A stretch of DNA of 63,821 bases, counting the filler, from Rhabdomonas costata (Eukaryota): the NCBI GenBank assembly GCA_019059605.1. It is 28 parts of 28 records of this genome, joined end to end, with 100 filler letters (N's around TTAATTAATTAA, not from the genome) between each part and the next. Parts side by side here need not be neighbours in the genome. Positions count along the whole stretch, not along the records: positions 47,966 to 50,143 come from JAHMHO010005027.1; positions 50,244 to 52,423 come from JAHMHO010005028.1; positions 52,524 to 54,703 come from JAHMHO010005029.1; positions 54,804 to 56,983 come from JAHMHO010005030.1; positions 57,084 to 59,263 come from JAHMHO010005031.1; positions 59,364 to 61,542 come from JAHMHO010005032.1; positions 61,643 to 63,821 come from JAHMHO010005033.1; 21 more parts are not named here. The stretch is one strand, 5' to 3'. Both the position numbers and the translations under genes were made by a program. The stretch's first letter is position 1, and each line of letters begins with the position of its first letter. Shown one piece after another: positions 49,801 through 62,784 of this stretch. The notes beneath the pieces are model-generated. The model made no database searches, was not told the DNA's origin, and saw only the letters and a list, made by a program, of their open reading frames with translations.

Positions 49801-52198
49801 AACAGTAACTGCTTCTGGACATGCAAACAAAAAAAACAGCGAAGAAAGCCAAAAGCCTTAAGGAAAAAGAATAGAAGAACCAGAACGGGGGCCAGAAAGT
49901 GCACCAAAATGGAAAAGTAGAAGTCTCCAAATTGGAATCGACGGCGTTTTCGCAGAAACCAGACAAAAGGCCAATATTCAGTTTGAGGGGTCTGTGTGTG
50001 CCCAAAGGATGGGTCAGAGGATGACTCAAGAACAAGCCTTGCCTCTTTGATTTGATCCGTGCAATTTTAAGAGACAAAAATAAACGCCCCAAAACTCCCG
50101 GACACCCGGTACCTTTGCAGTCGTTGGAAAGGAAACCCCAACCNNNNNNNNNNNNNNNNNNNNNNNNNNNNNNNNNNNNNNNNNNNNTTAATTAATTAAN
50201 NNNNNNNNNNNNNNNNNNNNNNNNNNNNNNNNNNNNNNNNNNNGGTGGGGGGGTCAGGAAGCCTTTTTAGACGGCAACGTTATATTCGAAATTATTATTA
50301 TTTCCGAAAACCAGCATCGGTCCTCGGTCCAGTCTGCCGCACAATTACAAAGGGCACACAACGTGATACTTTTTCTTCGTAATATCACCATAACAATTCA
50401 GAGTCTCAAAGTTATCCCACACACCGCAGCGCAGCGCTGTAATCGACGAGAATGAGGAAGAGGCCATCCGAAAGGGGGCAGGTGAGGATGTCAGGTTTGA
50501 CGACAGTATCACCGGCGAAGGAGGAGAAGCCCTGGCTCGAGGAGTTCAGAGGATAAGTCGCGGCCATAACAAGAAACAACAGCGAGAAAGCTGACTCACT
50601 GAAGATGGAAAATCGGGGCTATTGAACTGCAGTCTTCAACTCGAGTAACAGCAATGGAGGCAAAAGTCATCCGTAGAATTGAAATGAAAGTGCCAGGAGT
50701 CCAGCACCTGACCTCACAATAATTGCCAGCACAAAGAGATTCCAAGGTATTATCGACCCCGACCCTAAAAGCCCGAACATTTCGACCAAAGGATTGGGCG
50801 TCGATACTGAGGCGGGGGGTCCTGGTATAGCTTCTCTGCCGCTAAGTCCCACCTTGACCCGAAATACAAGCCGACATGCGGTGCCCCCATCCGCTGAATA
50901 TCCTCGCAAAAAAGAAAGAATGTGGTCGCACTGCCTACGCCAGTAAGCAAACAAAAAGGCTGGGGGCAAGGTAGGCTGGGAAAGCCCTCTTCTTTTCCAT
51001 GACCCTTGGAGAAACGAAACGCCTTCAAAGCACTTTGGCATGCACCAGCCGTTCCGGGGCCGAGGGTCGAGCTGATTAACACACCACCACAAGAAGTACT
51101 TTCCCAAGAAAACTTGAACATCATAGAGGGCAGTCCACACCCGAATGAAGCCCGACCAACCCAGAAACCAGGGAAGCAGCACAGTCTTGTCGCTGACTGT
51201 CGCACACAACAGCAAAAAAGAAACATCAAGAAAAGGGCACAAACACAAACAGGGAGACTACAGCAGGAATATGACCACGGGAGGAGGGGCTTGCAATCCC
51301 GAGGATGGCGAAGCAGGAGCCCCCAAAGGCTTACAAGGACGCTACCGGGCCTGCATCTATCCGAAGGGCAGAAATTCGGAGGCGGGCGAACGCCGCATCC
51401 CCCGTTCACAAAGCAAAAAAGGAAGCAGAACATGACTTTGCCCACCCAAAGAGAGCAAAGTGAAGGGACTTATTGTGCATGTATTTGAACACAAAAAAGA
51501 AAAAGGAGAAGAGGGGAGGGGGAGAATGAGAGGGCGGAGAAGGAGAGAGGAGAGGAGGAGAGAGGAATGCAAAGGACGGGAGAAGAGTGAGCTCACGGCG
51601 CCCCGAAAAAACGAAAGTAGTGGACTCCACCACAGCGCCGTGCAAAAACGGTGTTTCTTTTCTTTCCAAAGACAGCCGCGAAAGGGCAAACTCCGGAGGA
51701 ACCTCATTCTCATTGCCCCAGCGGCTCCAACGGCACTCAACGTCCTTCTCTCGCACCCCCAGATATCCACATCGCGTCCCATGTTTGAGGTTCGGTGTTA
51801 GTGACCATTTTGCTGTATCTGGAAGCGTTGCTGGAAGATAACAGTGGGGAAACATGGTATTTTTAGATTTTGCAGGAACTATTTCTACTCACACAAGCAG
51901 CCATCGCTTTGGGCTCGCCCCCAATCAAGTTTTATCTAAAAGTTTTCAGCTGTCGCTTCGAATGCGACTTCATGAACGTGAGGAAGATCGCTTCGGGAGG
52001 GGGTTTCAGTTGCAGATTTAGCCGTTGGCAGTCAGCAGCCATTCTTATTAATTGATATTCACAACAAATCATTTTCAATTCACCAAGGGAAGGCCAAGGG
52101 TGCGAGGAAGGAGGAAGCCGCGCCGTTCCTCCCGCTTATGCTCCCTAACGAAACATGGGAAACCCATGTGCCCGACCATCGGGGCAGAAGGCCTACAC

Positions 52199-52282
52199 CT
52201 CATCCTGGTCCTTGCGGAAGTTGGAGCCCATCCTCATCTTCATGTCATTTTCCCACCACGCCAGGTTCTCTGTGAGGTGGAT
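52199..52282 (-). CDS. Isolated probable exon, unknown protein
   Basis: Follows a (TTC)n pyrimidine tract and CAG; reads IHLTENLAWWENDMKMRMGSNFRKDQDE; GT donor. Confidence 0.4.
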
Positions 52283-52685
52283 CTGTCGAAAAGAAGAAGA
52301 AGAAGAAGAAGAAGGTGCACCATTTTTTTACCTGTGGAGGAACCAGCAGAGAGGGCTAAGCCGAAGCAAGCCTGGTTCCTTTCTATATACAACAGGCCTC
52401 CCGAAACGCTGCGAGACCGGTGCNNNNNNNNNNNNNNNNNNNNNNNNNNNNNNNNNNNNNNNNNNNNTTAATTAATTAANNNNNNNNNNNNNNNNNNNNN
52501 NNNNNNNNNNNNNNNNNNNNNNNTCAGGAGGCCTCCTGACAATTCAGAAGACCCCAGGCCTGCTTCGGCTTAGCCCTCTTAACACATTTACGTTGCACTG
52601 GGTTCTGGTTGTCGCGGAGTTTAATTTGTGGTGTGCTGAGAATGTCCACCACCCCCTCCTCTCCCCCTCTCCCTCTCACATGCAG

Positions 52686-53511
52686 GAGGACTTGCTGTGT
52701 ACACAGCTCGCGTTGTGGGCCTCTTTTCCTGTTGGGGTCGCGGTCACCCCTGCGGTGCAGGACCTGCTTTTGGTGATTGTGGGAGAGCAGGGGCTGGGCC
52801 CTCTGGCGGCTTCCGAACTCCCCAGCAACAGGTGAATCTGAGGAGACGGATGCAAAGCGACTCGCAGCTGCCGATTTTTAACCGCTGGATCTGGAGGAGG
52901 GAGGATAATCTCGAATCCGGGGATTTGTTTCATCAGTCAATCCGAAATCAATCCTGATCCGAAGTTTCCACATACACAGTATTATGGTGACCCAAGGATG
53001 GTTTGGAGGGATACTTTGCGTTAGTGATAAAGGGTCCGACGGCCGAAAGATTTGACCAGGAATCCACGCTTACTACACGCCCATATCAGTCGCCTGCATC
53101 TCTCCTCCGTGATCTCCAGCGCTATTCTCTTGTGAGGGAAAGGCTTCCTTCGAGCAGAGTTCCCCGGCAAGCCTGCGAAAGCCCTCCTATCGGCCGATCG
53201 AGTTCCCCCTCCTCCCTCACTCTCTGCTTAATTGCCGTCCCATGCGCCACACCATCGGGTTTGCTCGCAAAACATGTTACCCCACTCCCCATTTCTCCGG
53301 CACGCAGCACGGTCACTGTGGTGGAGGTCTCGCTGCTTCCGGGCTGTGCGGCCACCGCGGCCCAGGTCGGCACCGCGGCGTGCACTATCTCCACCATGCT
53401 GGCCAGCCAGGACCCCAGGGTGACTGCACTCCCGGCCAGCGGGGTGCAGGCCAGGGTGGTCGGAGACCCTGACGACACCGGGCCCCTTCCGGCATGTGCT
53501 GTGATTGCGGA
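52686..53511 (+). CDS. Two probable exons of an unknown protein
   Basis: GC-rich open stretches ~52686-52831 and ~53308-53511 with CAG acceptors and compatible phase. Confidence 0.4.
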
Positions 53512-54610
53512 ACGTGGTTGTGGTCGCTTGTCGCGAAAAGGAAAATTAACTTGTCCCTTGCCCTTGCACCACCTGAGTGTTAGGGGAAAATGGTGCCAAA
53601 AGGCCACCATTTCGACTGGAAACTTTTCTGTTTTTTTCTGTTTCTGTCTCGCTTTATGCCTCACGTAAGCGCCTCCATCCTTCACACACCCGATTTTCAC
53701 CGTTGTTTGTTGTATGCCTTAGTCCTACTGCACTCTGCTGTAGTTAGACTCACAAGGGGTTAAGGATCGGCAAAAACTCTCCGGTTGTCAACGCAGTCAG
53801 CACAATTGCATTTAGAACATTGGAAGCTCCTGATTTCAGTTTGCTTTTTCTGTAGCATTCCCATATATAGCTGCAGTTTTTTTTTCCTCTCACTTTTGAC
53901 ACAGCACAGGCTTCAGTTCTCTTCACAATCCCCGTGGGCTCCAAATAAAGGGCTGTGTTTTCATATGCTGCAATTGTGCGCTTGGGTTGCAGTGCTAACC
54001 GTTCTATGGGAGGACGATACATCCGTCATACACAGTGTAGCACAGCACTCTATAAATGAAGGGCCATCTGAGAGGCCGCAGCGAAGGAAAGACGTTTCGG
54101 ATACCCGGAACGGTGTAGTTTGATGCATTTTTTTTTTTGCCGCAAGTCGTTTTTTTGTGATATGTTCCTTGCAAAGGAGCAGACAGTATGGATGCCGCAA
54201 GCACAGTGTCTATAAGAACGCCAGGCCGATTCAAGCCCACGGAGTGTGCGCGCAAAGAGGAATTTGAGCAACTGCAGCTGTATTTTTGGAAACCCTGGTC
54301 TCAGCCACCTAATGACTCACTGCCGTTGCATTCTTCACCCCCCCCCCCCCCCCCATGGGTACTGTTTCCCCCGCTGTAGCGCACTTTACCTCACGCTCCG
54401 TTCGCCACGCATTGCTGAGGAGGCTTTAAACTTGGAGTCAGGGTTTTTTGATCGAGCGCAATCGACGGCCGAGTGCCATTTGCCTCTTTCCCATTTGAGA
54501 CAAGCAGGGAAAGAGCGGGGGAGAGGGCTCCACATACGGTGCTGTCATCAAATTCTCCGCTGCCTTGAAGTCAGAAGCAATGATAAAAAAAATTAGCCCC
54601 CTGGGGCAAA

Positions 54611-54640
54611 CCTGACCTGACCTGACCTGACCTGACCTGA
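54611..54640. repeat. (CCTGA)6 microsatellite
   Basis: Seen directly in the sequence. Confidence 0.9.
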
Positions 54641-55093
54641 GGGTGAAAGGACCGTCCCCATAGCGTTTTGGCACTGCTAAATGTTTAACGCCCCCCCCCA
54701 ACANNNNNNNNNNNNNNNNNNNNNNNNNNNNNNNNNNNNNNNNNNNNTTAATTAATTAANNNNNNNNNNNNNNNNNNNNNNNNNNNNNNNNNNNNNNNNN
54801 NNNGTGTGGTGTGGTCGTAGTTAACTTTGGGTTCTCACCAAAAGTACTATTCCAGATTATGTCTCAACTCTGTTCAACAATGCAGCGCCATTGTCACAGA
54901 AAGTGAGACATAATCTGGAATAGTACTTTTGGTGAGAACCCAAAGTTAACTACGACCATATCAACCATTCGAATTCAGAGGACCCTAACTTTGCTGCTAC
55001 AGCTTTGCTCACATCTAAGCTTGGGCCAATCCGGCAAGCTGGGTCTCAACCGTGGCAAGGAAGCCCGCCCGAGATGGAGAAACGAGGGCACAC

Positions 55094-55297
55094 CTGCAGC
55101 TCTACCATAATCCCCGGGTTGCCGAACGTGGACCTCTCCGCCGCAGTGTTGGTGCATGAGTGCACCGTTACTGACAGCACCCCAGTCATCACGTCAAGAG
55201 AGGAGTGGTCCGGGTACTGAAGGAGATTCTGGTACTCCTGCGTCATGAACGCGACCTGCTTGCCCTGGCTTCGCAGGGATTGCCACTGCGCAACGGC
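55094..55297 (-). CDS. Internal exon with a possible C2-domain start
   Basis: CAG acceptor, 68 open codons including TGVLSVTVHSCTN, GTGTGC donor. Confidence 0.5.
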
Positions 55298-55742
55298 CTG
55301 CACACGCAAACACACAATGGAATGGGTGCAGGATCTCATTCACATCTAATTCGCTCACTGTTCAATTTTGCAAATAACCCCAAATTTCAGCAGCACAGAT
55401 TATTCGGAAATAATAATAAAAAACACGGGACCACGACCCAGGTTCATCGCCTACCCAAATACCCCCAACAAAAAAGTCCGTCACCAATAGCGAGACGTCA
55501 CGGTGAGTCCTGCTCAGCCTTTAATATCAGGCAGTGTCCCAGTGCGTGGTCAAAAATGCCATTATTTATTATTATTATGAATTCTTTATTTTATGAAGAA
55601 TTTCTTTTTGGAAAAAAGCGGTTGTGGATGAAGCGGAGGGCAAGCCCTAGTTTGCTCTGCTCAACTCCCGTGAGGTATATCACTGATATGTATGGACCAT
55701 GGTGGTTTTCATGCATTTATTTCTTCCGCTATGCCTGTGCAG

Positions 55743-56435
55743 TGGGAAGATCCCCGGGGTGAAGGCTCTGGCACAGCTCCTGTCGACGATGCTGTACTAC
55801 CGCCGGTTCTTCCCGTACTACACCTTCAACCTGCTTGGGGGACTAGGCCTGTGCCGCCGTTGTGCCTTTATACATTGGCAATTTGTGTTTTTATTGCACC
55901 TTTGGGCAGCGCCATTCTTGCAACCCAAAAAAATAAATGTATATGCTGGTGCCAACTTTCTCATTGATTGGCCTTGGTCACCCCCAAGGGTGTCAGATCT
56001 TGTCATCAGTCCATCAGACGACCGTGTGCTTTTTTTGTGTTTTAAGAACTGGTGCTGGTGGTGGAGAATGGAGCTGGTTTGCTCGTTTGACCGCTCCTGA
56101 TGGTCAAGGCCGGCCGAAAGGGAGGTGGGTGAGTGGACCTTATTCACAGATGAGAACGGCGACGGTGTCGTGTACGGCTATGACGCGATCGGATGTACCG
56201 AGCCCCTGCCGTATGTGCATATCCTCTTTCCTCTTTTCCCAAATACTTACCTCCCTTTGACATGCCCTTGCTTGGCTTTCTCTGCTTCCTATATATTACG
56301 TCTCAGATTGTGTGTGCCGATTATGTGCATGTCTTTATCACTTTCCCAACAGCTACGGCGTCACTGGCTCTGGGACGAGCATGGCTCTGCCCCTACTGGA
56401 CAACCAGCTGCTGCGTGAGCACCAGCATCTCGCAG
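55743..56435 (+). CDS. PSMB1: 20S proteasome subunit beta type-1 (beta6/PRE7), partial, 3 exons
   Basis: Exons 55743-55846, 56150-56210, 56353-56435: [41 protein letters not shown]...[14 protein letters not shown]. Confidence 0.93.
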
Positions 56436-57160
56436 GTTTTTGGCCGCATGAATTAGCGCTGCGGGTTTTCCACAGCTACCGTACCTTTTCAGAACATGGA
56501 AAAATGGATTCCCAATTGGATACATATCCACACCCCCTAAAAATAGAACCCGTTTTCGGAGGAGCCCCTCTGCTAAGGATCCACACCGCACCACACCGCA
56601 CAAATGGGGTGTCGACGGTTCACAGCAGTGGGCTATACTGACGCTAGGCCATCGCCCCTGCTTGGGGAGAGTAAACAGGCAACAAAAACGGGGCACCATG
56701 TACAATTCTACAATGCAGGTGGTCGGTAGACCGACTAACTCACTAGGGTGAGGAGAGGAGAGAAAGAGGTATGGAGAGATAAACTACAGTAAGAAGAGGG
56801 GGTGCAGAGGGTGGGGAAGTAGCTCGTACGGCGCGAGCCTCCCGCCAGTCTGCTTTTGATAAGGGAGCGGGAAACCATCGAAGACGGTCTCTATCCACTC
56901 CGCTGAAACTGAAACCGAAACTGAAACTGAAACTGAGCGCAACAAACGGCAACGCACAGGGCAGACGAATCCAACAACCAAAANNNNNNNNNNNNNNNNN
57001 NNNNNNNNNNNNNNNNNNNNNNNNNNNTTAATTAATTAANNNNNNNNNNNNNNNNNNNNNNNNNNNNNNNNNNNNNNNNNNNNTGTTTTTTTGTTCAATT
57101 GAGTGGTGAAGCACTCGTGTAGGTTCTTACGGCCATAGTTATGTCGCATGTTGACAAAAG

Positions 57161-58915
57161 GGTTCCGGGAGAAGAACATGGACACCCTCTCGAACCAGCT
57201 TTGCAAGGTGATGTGCAAGTCCGAGTGCTCCTATGTTCGCCAGCTTCTTCCCCAGCCCGAAGAAGATGGCGTGATGCGGTATGTTCTAGTTTCATCCTCG
57301 CGATTTATTTTAAAGTCAGATGTAAATTAGTGGGGGCGAGCACCATTGGCCCCGTCAAAACTCGGATCATGCGGGGATGGCAATGTGGCGCCTACTGCTT
57401 TCTTGGACTGTGTGTGATTTTCTTGGACAGTGTGGTTCTAAGTCGACCAATCATCAGCTGTATGCCTGTTTGTCAAAATGCCACAGTGGAGTCGCTGGTC
57501 ACTGCTTCTAACGTTTTTCCTCCAATCGCCATTTAACTGGCACCACTGCCAACCTATGACTTTGGTTGTTGATAAAAGAAGCCCCCCCCCCGGTTTCACT
57601 CTGAATTAAAAATTGGGGATGAATACCGCCATCTGTCATTTTCTTTTATGGTTCCATCACAGTTCTCCCCAAAGGGGAACTGATTCTCCTGTTCCTGCAA
57701 CCTCGCCAGTCACTGTGGCCCCTGTGGGCCCAGCCAAATTCAGGCACTTCTCCACGGTGGGCAGCACCTTCCGTGCCTCCCTAAGGGAGCTCATGGATCG
57801 AATCCTCACGGCCAACCCGCATTGGTATGTGGTTGTGATATGTGCGAGTCTGTTTTTTGGGGGGAGAGGGGGTGACACATGACGGCACATGCCAACGCCT
57901 GCGTTTGTTTGATATTGGTCTGAAGTCTTGGTAAACAACCCACTTTTTTCGTGTGCCTTCAGTTTGCAAACCAGAAAGGTCAAGGAGTCGAGCGGTGCAT
58001 CTCTTTGCGACTGTGCCAAGGAGTTGCATACTGCTCAAGCTGAGGGTTTGGAGTCCTCCGCATGTGTGTGCAGTTCCTTGTTATGCTCTCTACATGCTTG
58101 ATTTCCTCCATTTTATCAACTAGGATCCGCTGCGTCAAGCCACACCCTTGCCGCAAGCCCAGGCATTTCCTGGGAAGCTCTGTTCTCGCCCAGATGCAGT
58201 GTGCGGGCGTGCTAGAGACGATCCGCATTCGCCGCTCAGGTTTGTGCGTGCGTGCGAGCGTGTATGTGTATGTTTCCCCCCTGGGTGTGTGTGCATCTGT
58301 GTTTGCCTTTCCAAGGGCCGAGCTCCTGCCTTCGCTCTCGCACCCAATTGTCCTTGAAATCTCTTCCATCGTTGTCACTTGACAACGCTCTGGTTTCTTC
58401 GCTGCTTCGAATACCAAAGACAGGAATACGTATTTGAAAAGATTTCTTTTGTGCCTCTGAATACCGCTGGAAATGGAAGCCATGTTCAAACAGACAAAAC
58501 TGTCTCTAATTAATGGAGAAAGGCGATGCTGGTGGTTATAAGTTTCTGCTTAAAAGACACGGTGTATGGTGAGATTGACTGAACGGGGGGGGGTATACTC
58601 ACAGATAAAAACTACAATGCTTCTTTCCTCGGTTTGCTCGCTGATGTGAAAGCCAGTATTTGGCTGAAACCACACCCCTAAAAAGAAGGCCTGTGGTGCC
58701 TATGCTGCATTTTTTAAAGCATTTTTGGTTTCCTCTTCCCGTCCAATTCCGCGTGATGGTGTTGGGGGGTTTCAGGGTACAGCGTGCGGATGCCTCACTC
58801 GGATTTCCTCTCGCACTTCCGGATCCTTCTGGGCAAACGCCTGTGCTCGCCCACCGCTCGCACTCCCAGCGAGTTGTGCAAAGACATCCTCACTGCGGAG
58901 GGGTTTTTGCAAAGG
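57161..58915 (+). CDS. Myosin heavy chain motor domain, partial, 4 exons
   Basis: Exons 57161-57278, 57744-57824, 58124-58239, 58776-~58915: FREKNMDTL...TVGSTFRASLRELM...NPHWIRCVKPHP...GVLETIRIRRSGYSVRM. Confidence 0.92.
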
Positions 58916-61900
58916 GTGCGGCGTGCTTTGGGGCTTCCTTCCGCTTCCCATTGTTCAAATACCGCAAAAGGCTTTTGGCGGATATAGTGACCGGACGCTG
59001 GTGCATTTATGAGCCCACCCCTATCAAGGCATTTGTGCCTCCCCCTTGTGAACTAGTGCTTTTATGGGCCCCTTTCGGAGAGTGCAGAGGGTTTGGAGGT
59101 GATGCTCGGGTCCCCTAGGATTCTACATACAGGAATTCGCAGGGGGATTAGGTGGGGGTGCGCATGTCCCCTAGTGCTCTTTCCAGAATGTCTTGGGCCG
59201 CTCCGCTGCGTTCCGTCGCCCAAGATCCTGGGTGCCATTTGTTGGACATTCCACCCCCACCCCNNNNNNNNNNNNNNNNNNNNNNNNNNNNNNNNNNNNN
59301 NNNNNNNTTAATTAATTAANNNNNNNNNNNNNNNNNNNNNNNNNNNNNNNNNNNNNNNNNNNNGAGTTCAGCGGGAGGCTGCTGCCTTGCGTTTTAGGGG
59401 GGGGGTGCGTTAAACGCTGAATACCCGAGGGCTTGGTGACTTTGACATGAGACACGATACTTTTACATTTTCTCAAAGAAAGTGAAGCACAAAAGGCGAA
59501 TGAGGATGCCCCAAAAACGCAAGGCAGCAGCCTCCCGCTGAACTCAAAACAGCACCAACTCCGGAACACTGCAATTAATGCAATTAATCAGCCATTTCCA
59601 GCATTATCAAAAGCTGTTGATGGGAAGAAATACGTTACCTCATAGGTAACGCATACCCGGGGCCATATTGTTACCGAAGGCCGAAGGTCAAGGACATCCA
59701 AGTGAAAAAACATGCAAGCAAATAAAAACCACACAAGCAGGCCAGTTTGGGAGTAGAGGAGGATGGAAGAGGGTGAGCCGAACCCGAGGCCCGATCAGCG
59801 GGCGGGCTGCTTGGTGGGCCCGGAGTTCCCCAGAACTATGTACAGGGTCCTGCGCCGCACCCCCCACGCACACATACAGCACGTACGGCTGAGGCGCGAA
59901 ACAGAAATTCAGCGAAACAACCACGCTCGACAAGGAATTCCTCACAACTGCATTCCCCAAACACACTCGAAACATTTGAAAACAAGGACACGGGCAACAG
60001 CGGATCCTACCAGGCATACGGAACCATCGCTACTTCACAAAACTATTGAAAGAAGTACCAAGTGGGGTGGTGGTGGGGGTGGTGGCAGCGTGCATCGCTA
60101 ACTATCCCTGAACAGAGGAGCCCCCCTTGGCGTGGGTTCCGATGGTTTCCAGATGCTTTCACGTCTGGATGATTCCCCAGGTTCCAGAAATCATTCCAGA
60201 TTTCGTAATTCAAGAAAGTCAGTAGGCCCTGATGGGCCCCCTGCAATGCTCCGAGGGCGAATCTTATATTCCGAGGGCGAATATCCTTAGCAAGAGTGAT
60301 GTGTCTCGAGGTTTGGCTCTTCGCTCCTTTCATCGCACGCAGCTAACAGAATTTCCCAATACCCCCCCCCCAGAAAGAAAAAGGGTGAAGAATGGCTGGG
60401 AAAATACAGGGGTTGGTTTGTGGTTTGTGGTTTGGATCACAAATGAAACTCACGGGAGAGGTGGAAAAGAGGGAGACCCAGGTGAGAGAGACACCTGCAG
60501 AGCACTCGAGCATGGTCCGAGGGCCTGGCAAGAGCTCGAGCTCGAACTGGAACTCGAGCTCGGCGGGGCAGACTGGAACCCAACCCAAAAAACCGAACAC
60601 ACCTCCAAACAGGCCCACATCGTGAACAGCTGCATCCTCAGTGTGCAACAAAGCTAATACACAATGGGACGCAGTGCACCTCGAGGATGGTGTGATCATG
60701 ACGGTTCCTTCCGATGGAAACAGAAACCAGAAACCACTTTGCCAATGCCCTCGCAGTGATTTCATTACAGTGGAAGTGAGTCAGGCGGTGCACGCTTGCC
60801 ATGGAACTAATATTTCAAGAGGACAACGCCAAAGTTCCAGCACATCCCAACATGAGAGTCTTTTGAAGTATTTTTCTTAGGCTGGAAATCCGATAATACT
60901 TCTGGATAAGGACTTGCCCACTTGTTGGGGCTTCAGACTAGTAGGGTGGGAAGAGTTAGGTCAGGTGAGATTGGAGGCCCCGGGGCGCTGCCGGGGTGGA
61001 CGGCTGTGGCTGGAACGTGGCCAGAGAGGCCTTACGCCTTTAAGTTTGATCACATGAAATAACACCCTTCAACGTGCTTCCGTGGGGTGGGCTACCTCGC
61101 AAAACGCTCACCGCACGTTTCATCTCCCCTTGACGACCTCCCAGCAGGCTAATTTTTTTCCCTGAACCGTGGTAGAGCACTGTCGCGCATCTTTCCGTGC
61201 CAATAAATAACTTTCACGCCACCGCCACTACCTGCTTCATCAAAAATGTTTGAGTCAATCACCACCACAACACACTGCATCGCGCGCAAGCATGCACTCA
61301 TGCCTGCAAGACGTCCAGTGGGGAAGCAGCGGCTTCTGGGGAAAAAAGCAGAGAAAGGACACCAATGTACGAAGAGAGCTGCACATGAAAACGAAGAGAA
61401 GTGGAACTGTCATCATACAGCGGACACCATTACCCCGAATTGGAATCCGAGAGGAGGTATGCAAGGACAAGCGCCATTTGACAAACGCCCACGCAAAAAG
61501 ATACGTGTCGCAATGCGTTCCAACCTTCAAACAGTGAAAGCCNNNNNNNNNNNNNNNNNNNNNNNNNNNNNNNNNNNNNNNNNNNNTTAATTAATTAANN
61601 NNNNNNNNNNNNNNNNNNNNNNNNNNNNNNNNNNNNNNNNNNGTTGGTTGGTAGCTGAACGCCGCCCTCATCTCCTATCTCTTCAGGGCCTCAGACAGGG
61701 ACGAGGTGGACACCACGAGAAGAGCCCCGTGGTGTCCACCTCGTCCCTGTCTGAGGCCCTGAAGAGATAGGAGATGAGGGCGGCGTTCAGCTGCCAAACA
61801 GCAGTCATCCAACAAAGGACGACGGACAATACGACTTTTGACATGTAACGTCAGGCAAGCGCCCATGAAACCGCCAAGGCCGCTCCACGCGAAGTAGTGG

Positions 61901-62617
61901 TATCCAGGAAACCGAGAAGACCTTGGCGTCAACCGGACGACCGCAGCCGCACTGGCGGTGGAGCGGTACTAAATGCATGTGGTTGCTTCCTCTCACTACT
62001 CTTCCTCTTTCATTCTTATCTGCTTGATGAAAGTAACAGCCTTCACAGCACCAGAATGTGCGTACGGAGAAAAGGCCTTTTAGCTTTTTAAGCAACAAAA
62101 ACGTGTTGTTTCCAGCACTTGCAATGTAAGTATGAAGTGAAATATCCCTTCATTTGGTGACGCGGGCAACATCTTCTCAGGGGATAAACCATTTTTAATG
62201 CATGTTGTGAACACATTTACGGATGTTTGTTCTCATTCCATTCGTGGATCTTTTCTTCGCGGAAAGAAATAGAACAGTAAAAGCTCCCGAAAAGCACCTG
62301 CAGTCGGATAGGGAGAGGCTGCCCTCTCTCTTTAGCCGAAGACGGAGGTGTTTTCGGGGAGCGCCATCCCTGGGCTCGATATCTCTTCCCTGCAAGGGTC
62401 GTCCACAAAAGAGAAACATAAGGGGTGGGTGGAAGTGGTGTGGTGAAAAGCGAGACTTCCTTTTTCGAAGTTTTGCTGCATAATAGATTGAATTCACGCA
62501 AATCCGCAAAGCTGTGCACTTCACTTATGCAAATGCAACCATTCCGACGGGGGGGGGGGTAGTGAGGCACCGCCGGTTCTGTTGACCACTCCTTCCCAAC
62601 AGGAATCTGATACGACA

Positions 62618-62784
62618 GATACTCCCACGATGATGACGGCTCGCTCTCCTCCTTCCTCGCCGCAAAGAGGGCCAAGGACAGTGGGTCCAGTCGGGTGGAG
62701 AAGGAGGCAGAGTCTCCGGAGGTCAGCGGCGGGGCCACAGTCTTGGCCCCCCGGATGCAAAACTCGCGCAGACGCCTCCACTGA
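62618..62784 (+). CDS. Possible terminal exon, low-complexity unknown protein
   Basis: After ACAG, an open frame YSHDDDGSLSSFLAAKRAKDSG...RRRLH* with GC-rich codons. Confidence 0.3.

Noticed and set aside
50660-51450. Overlapping 160-226 aa ORFs, possibly a retroelement relic
   Set aside because: No RT, endonuclease or other motif could be supported by eye.
61649-61798. Long near-perfect hairpins that look like ncRNA or foldback elements (also ~9140-9267, 11422-11479, 15785-15874, 20560-20666, 54812-54958, 59365-59545)
   Set aside because: All have one arm at a contig end and share no sequence with each other, the signature of amplification fold-back chimeras.
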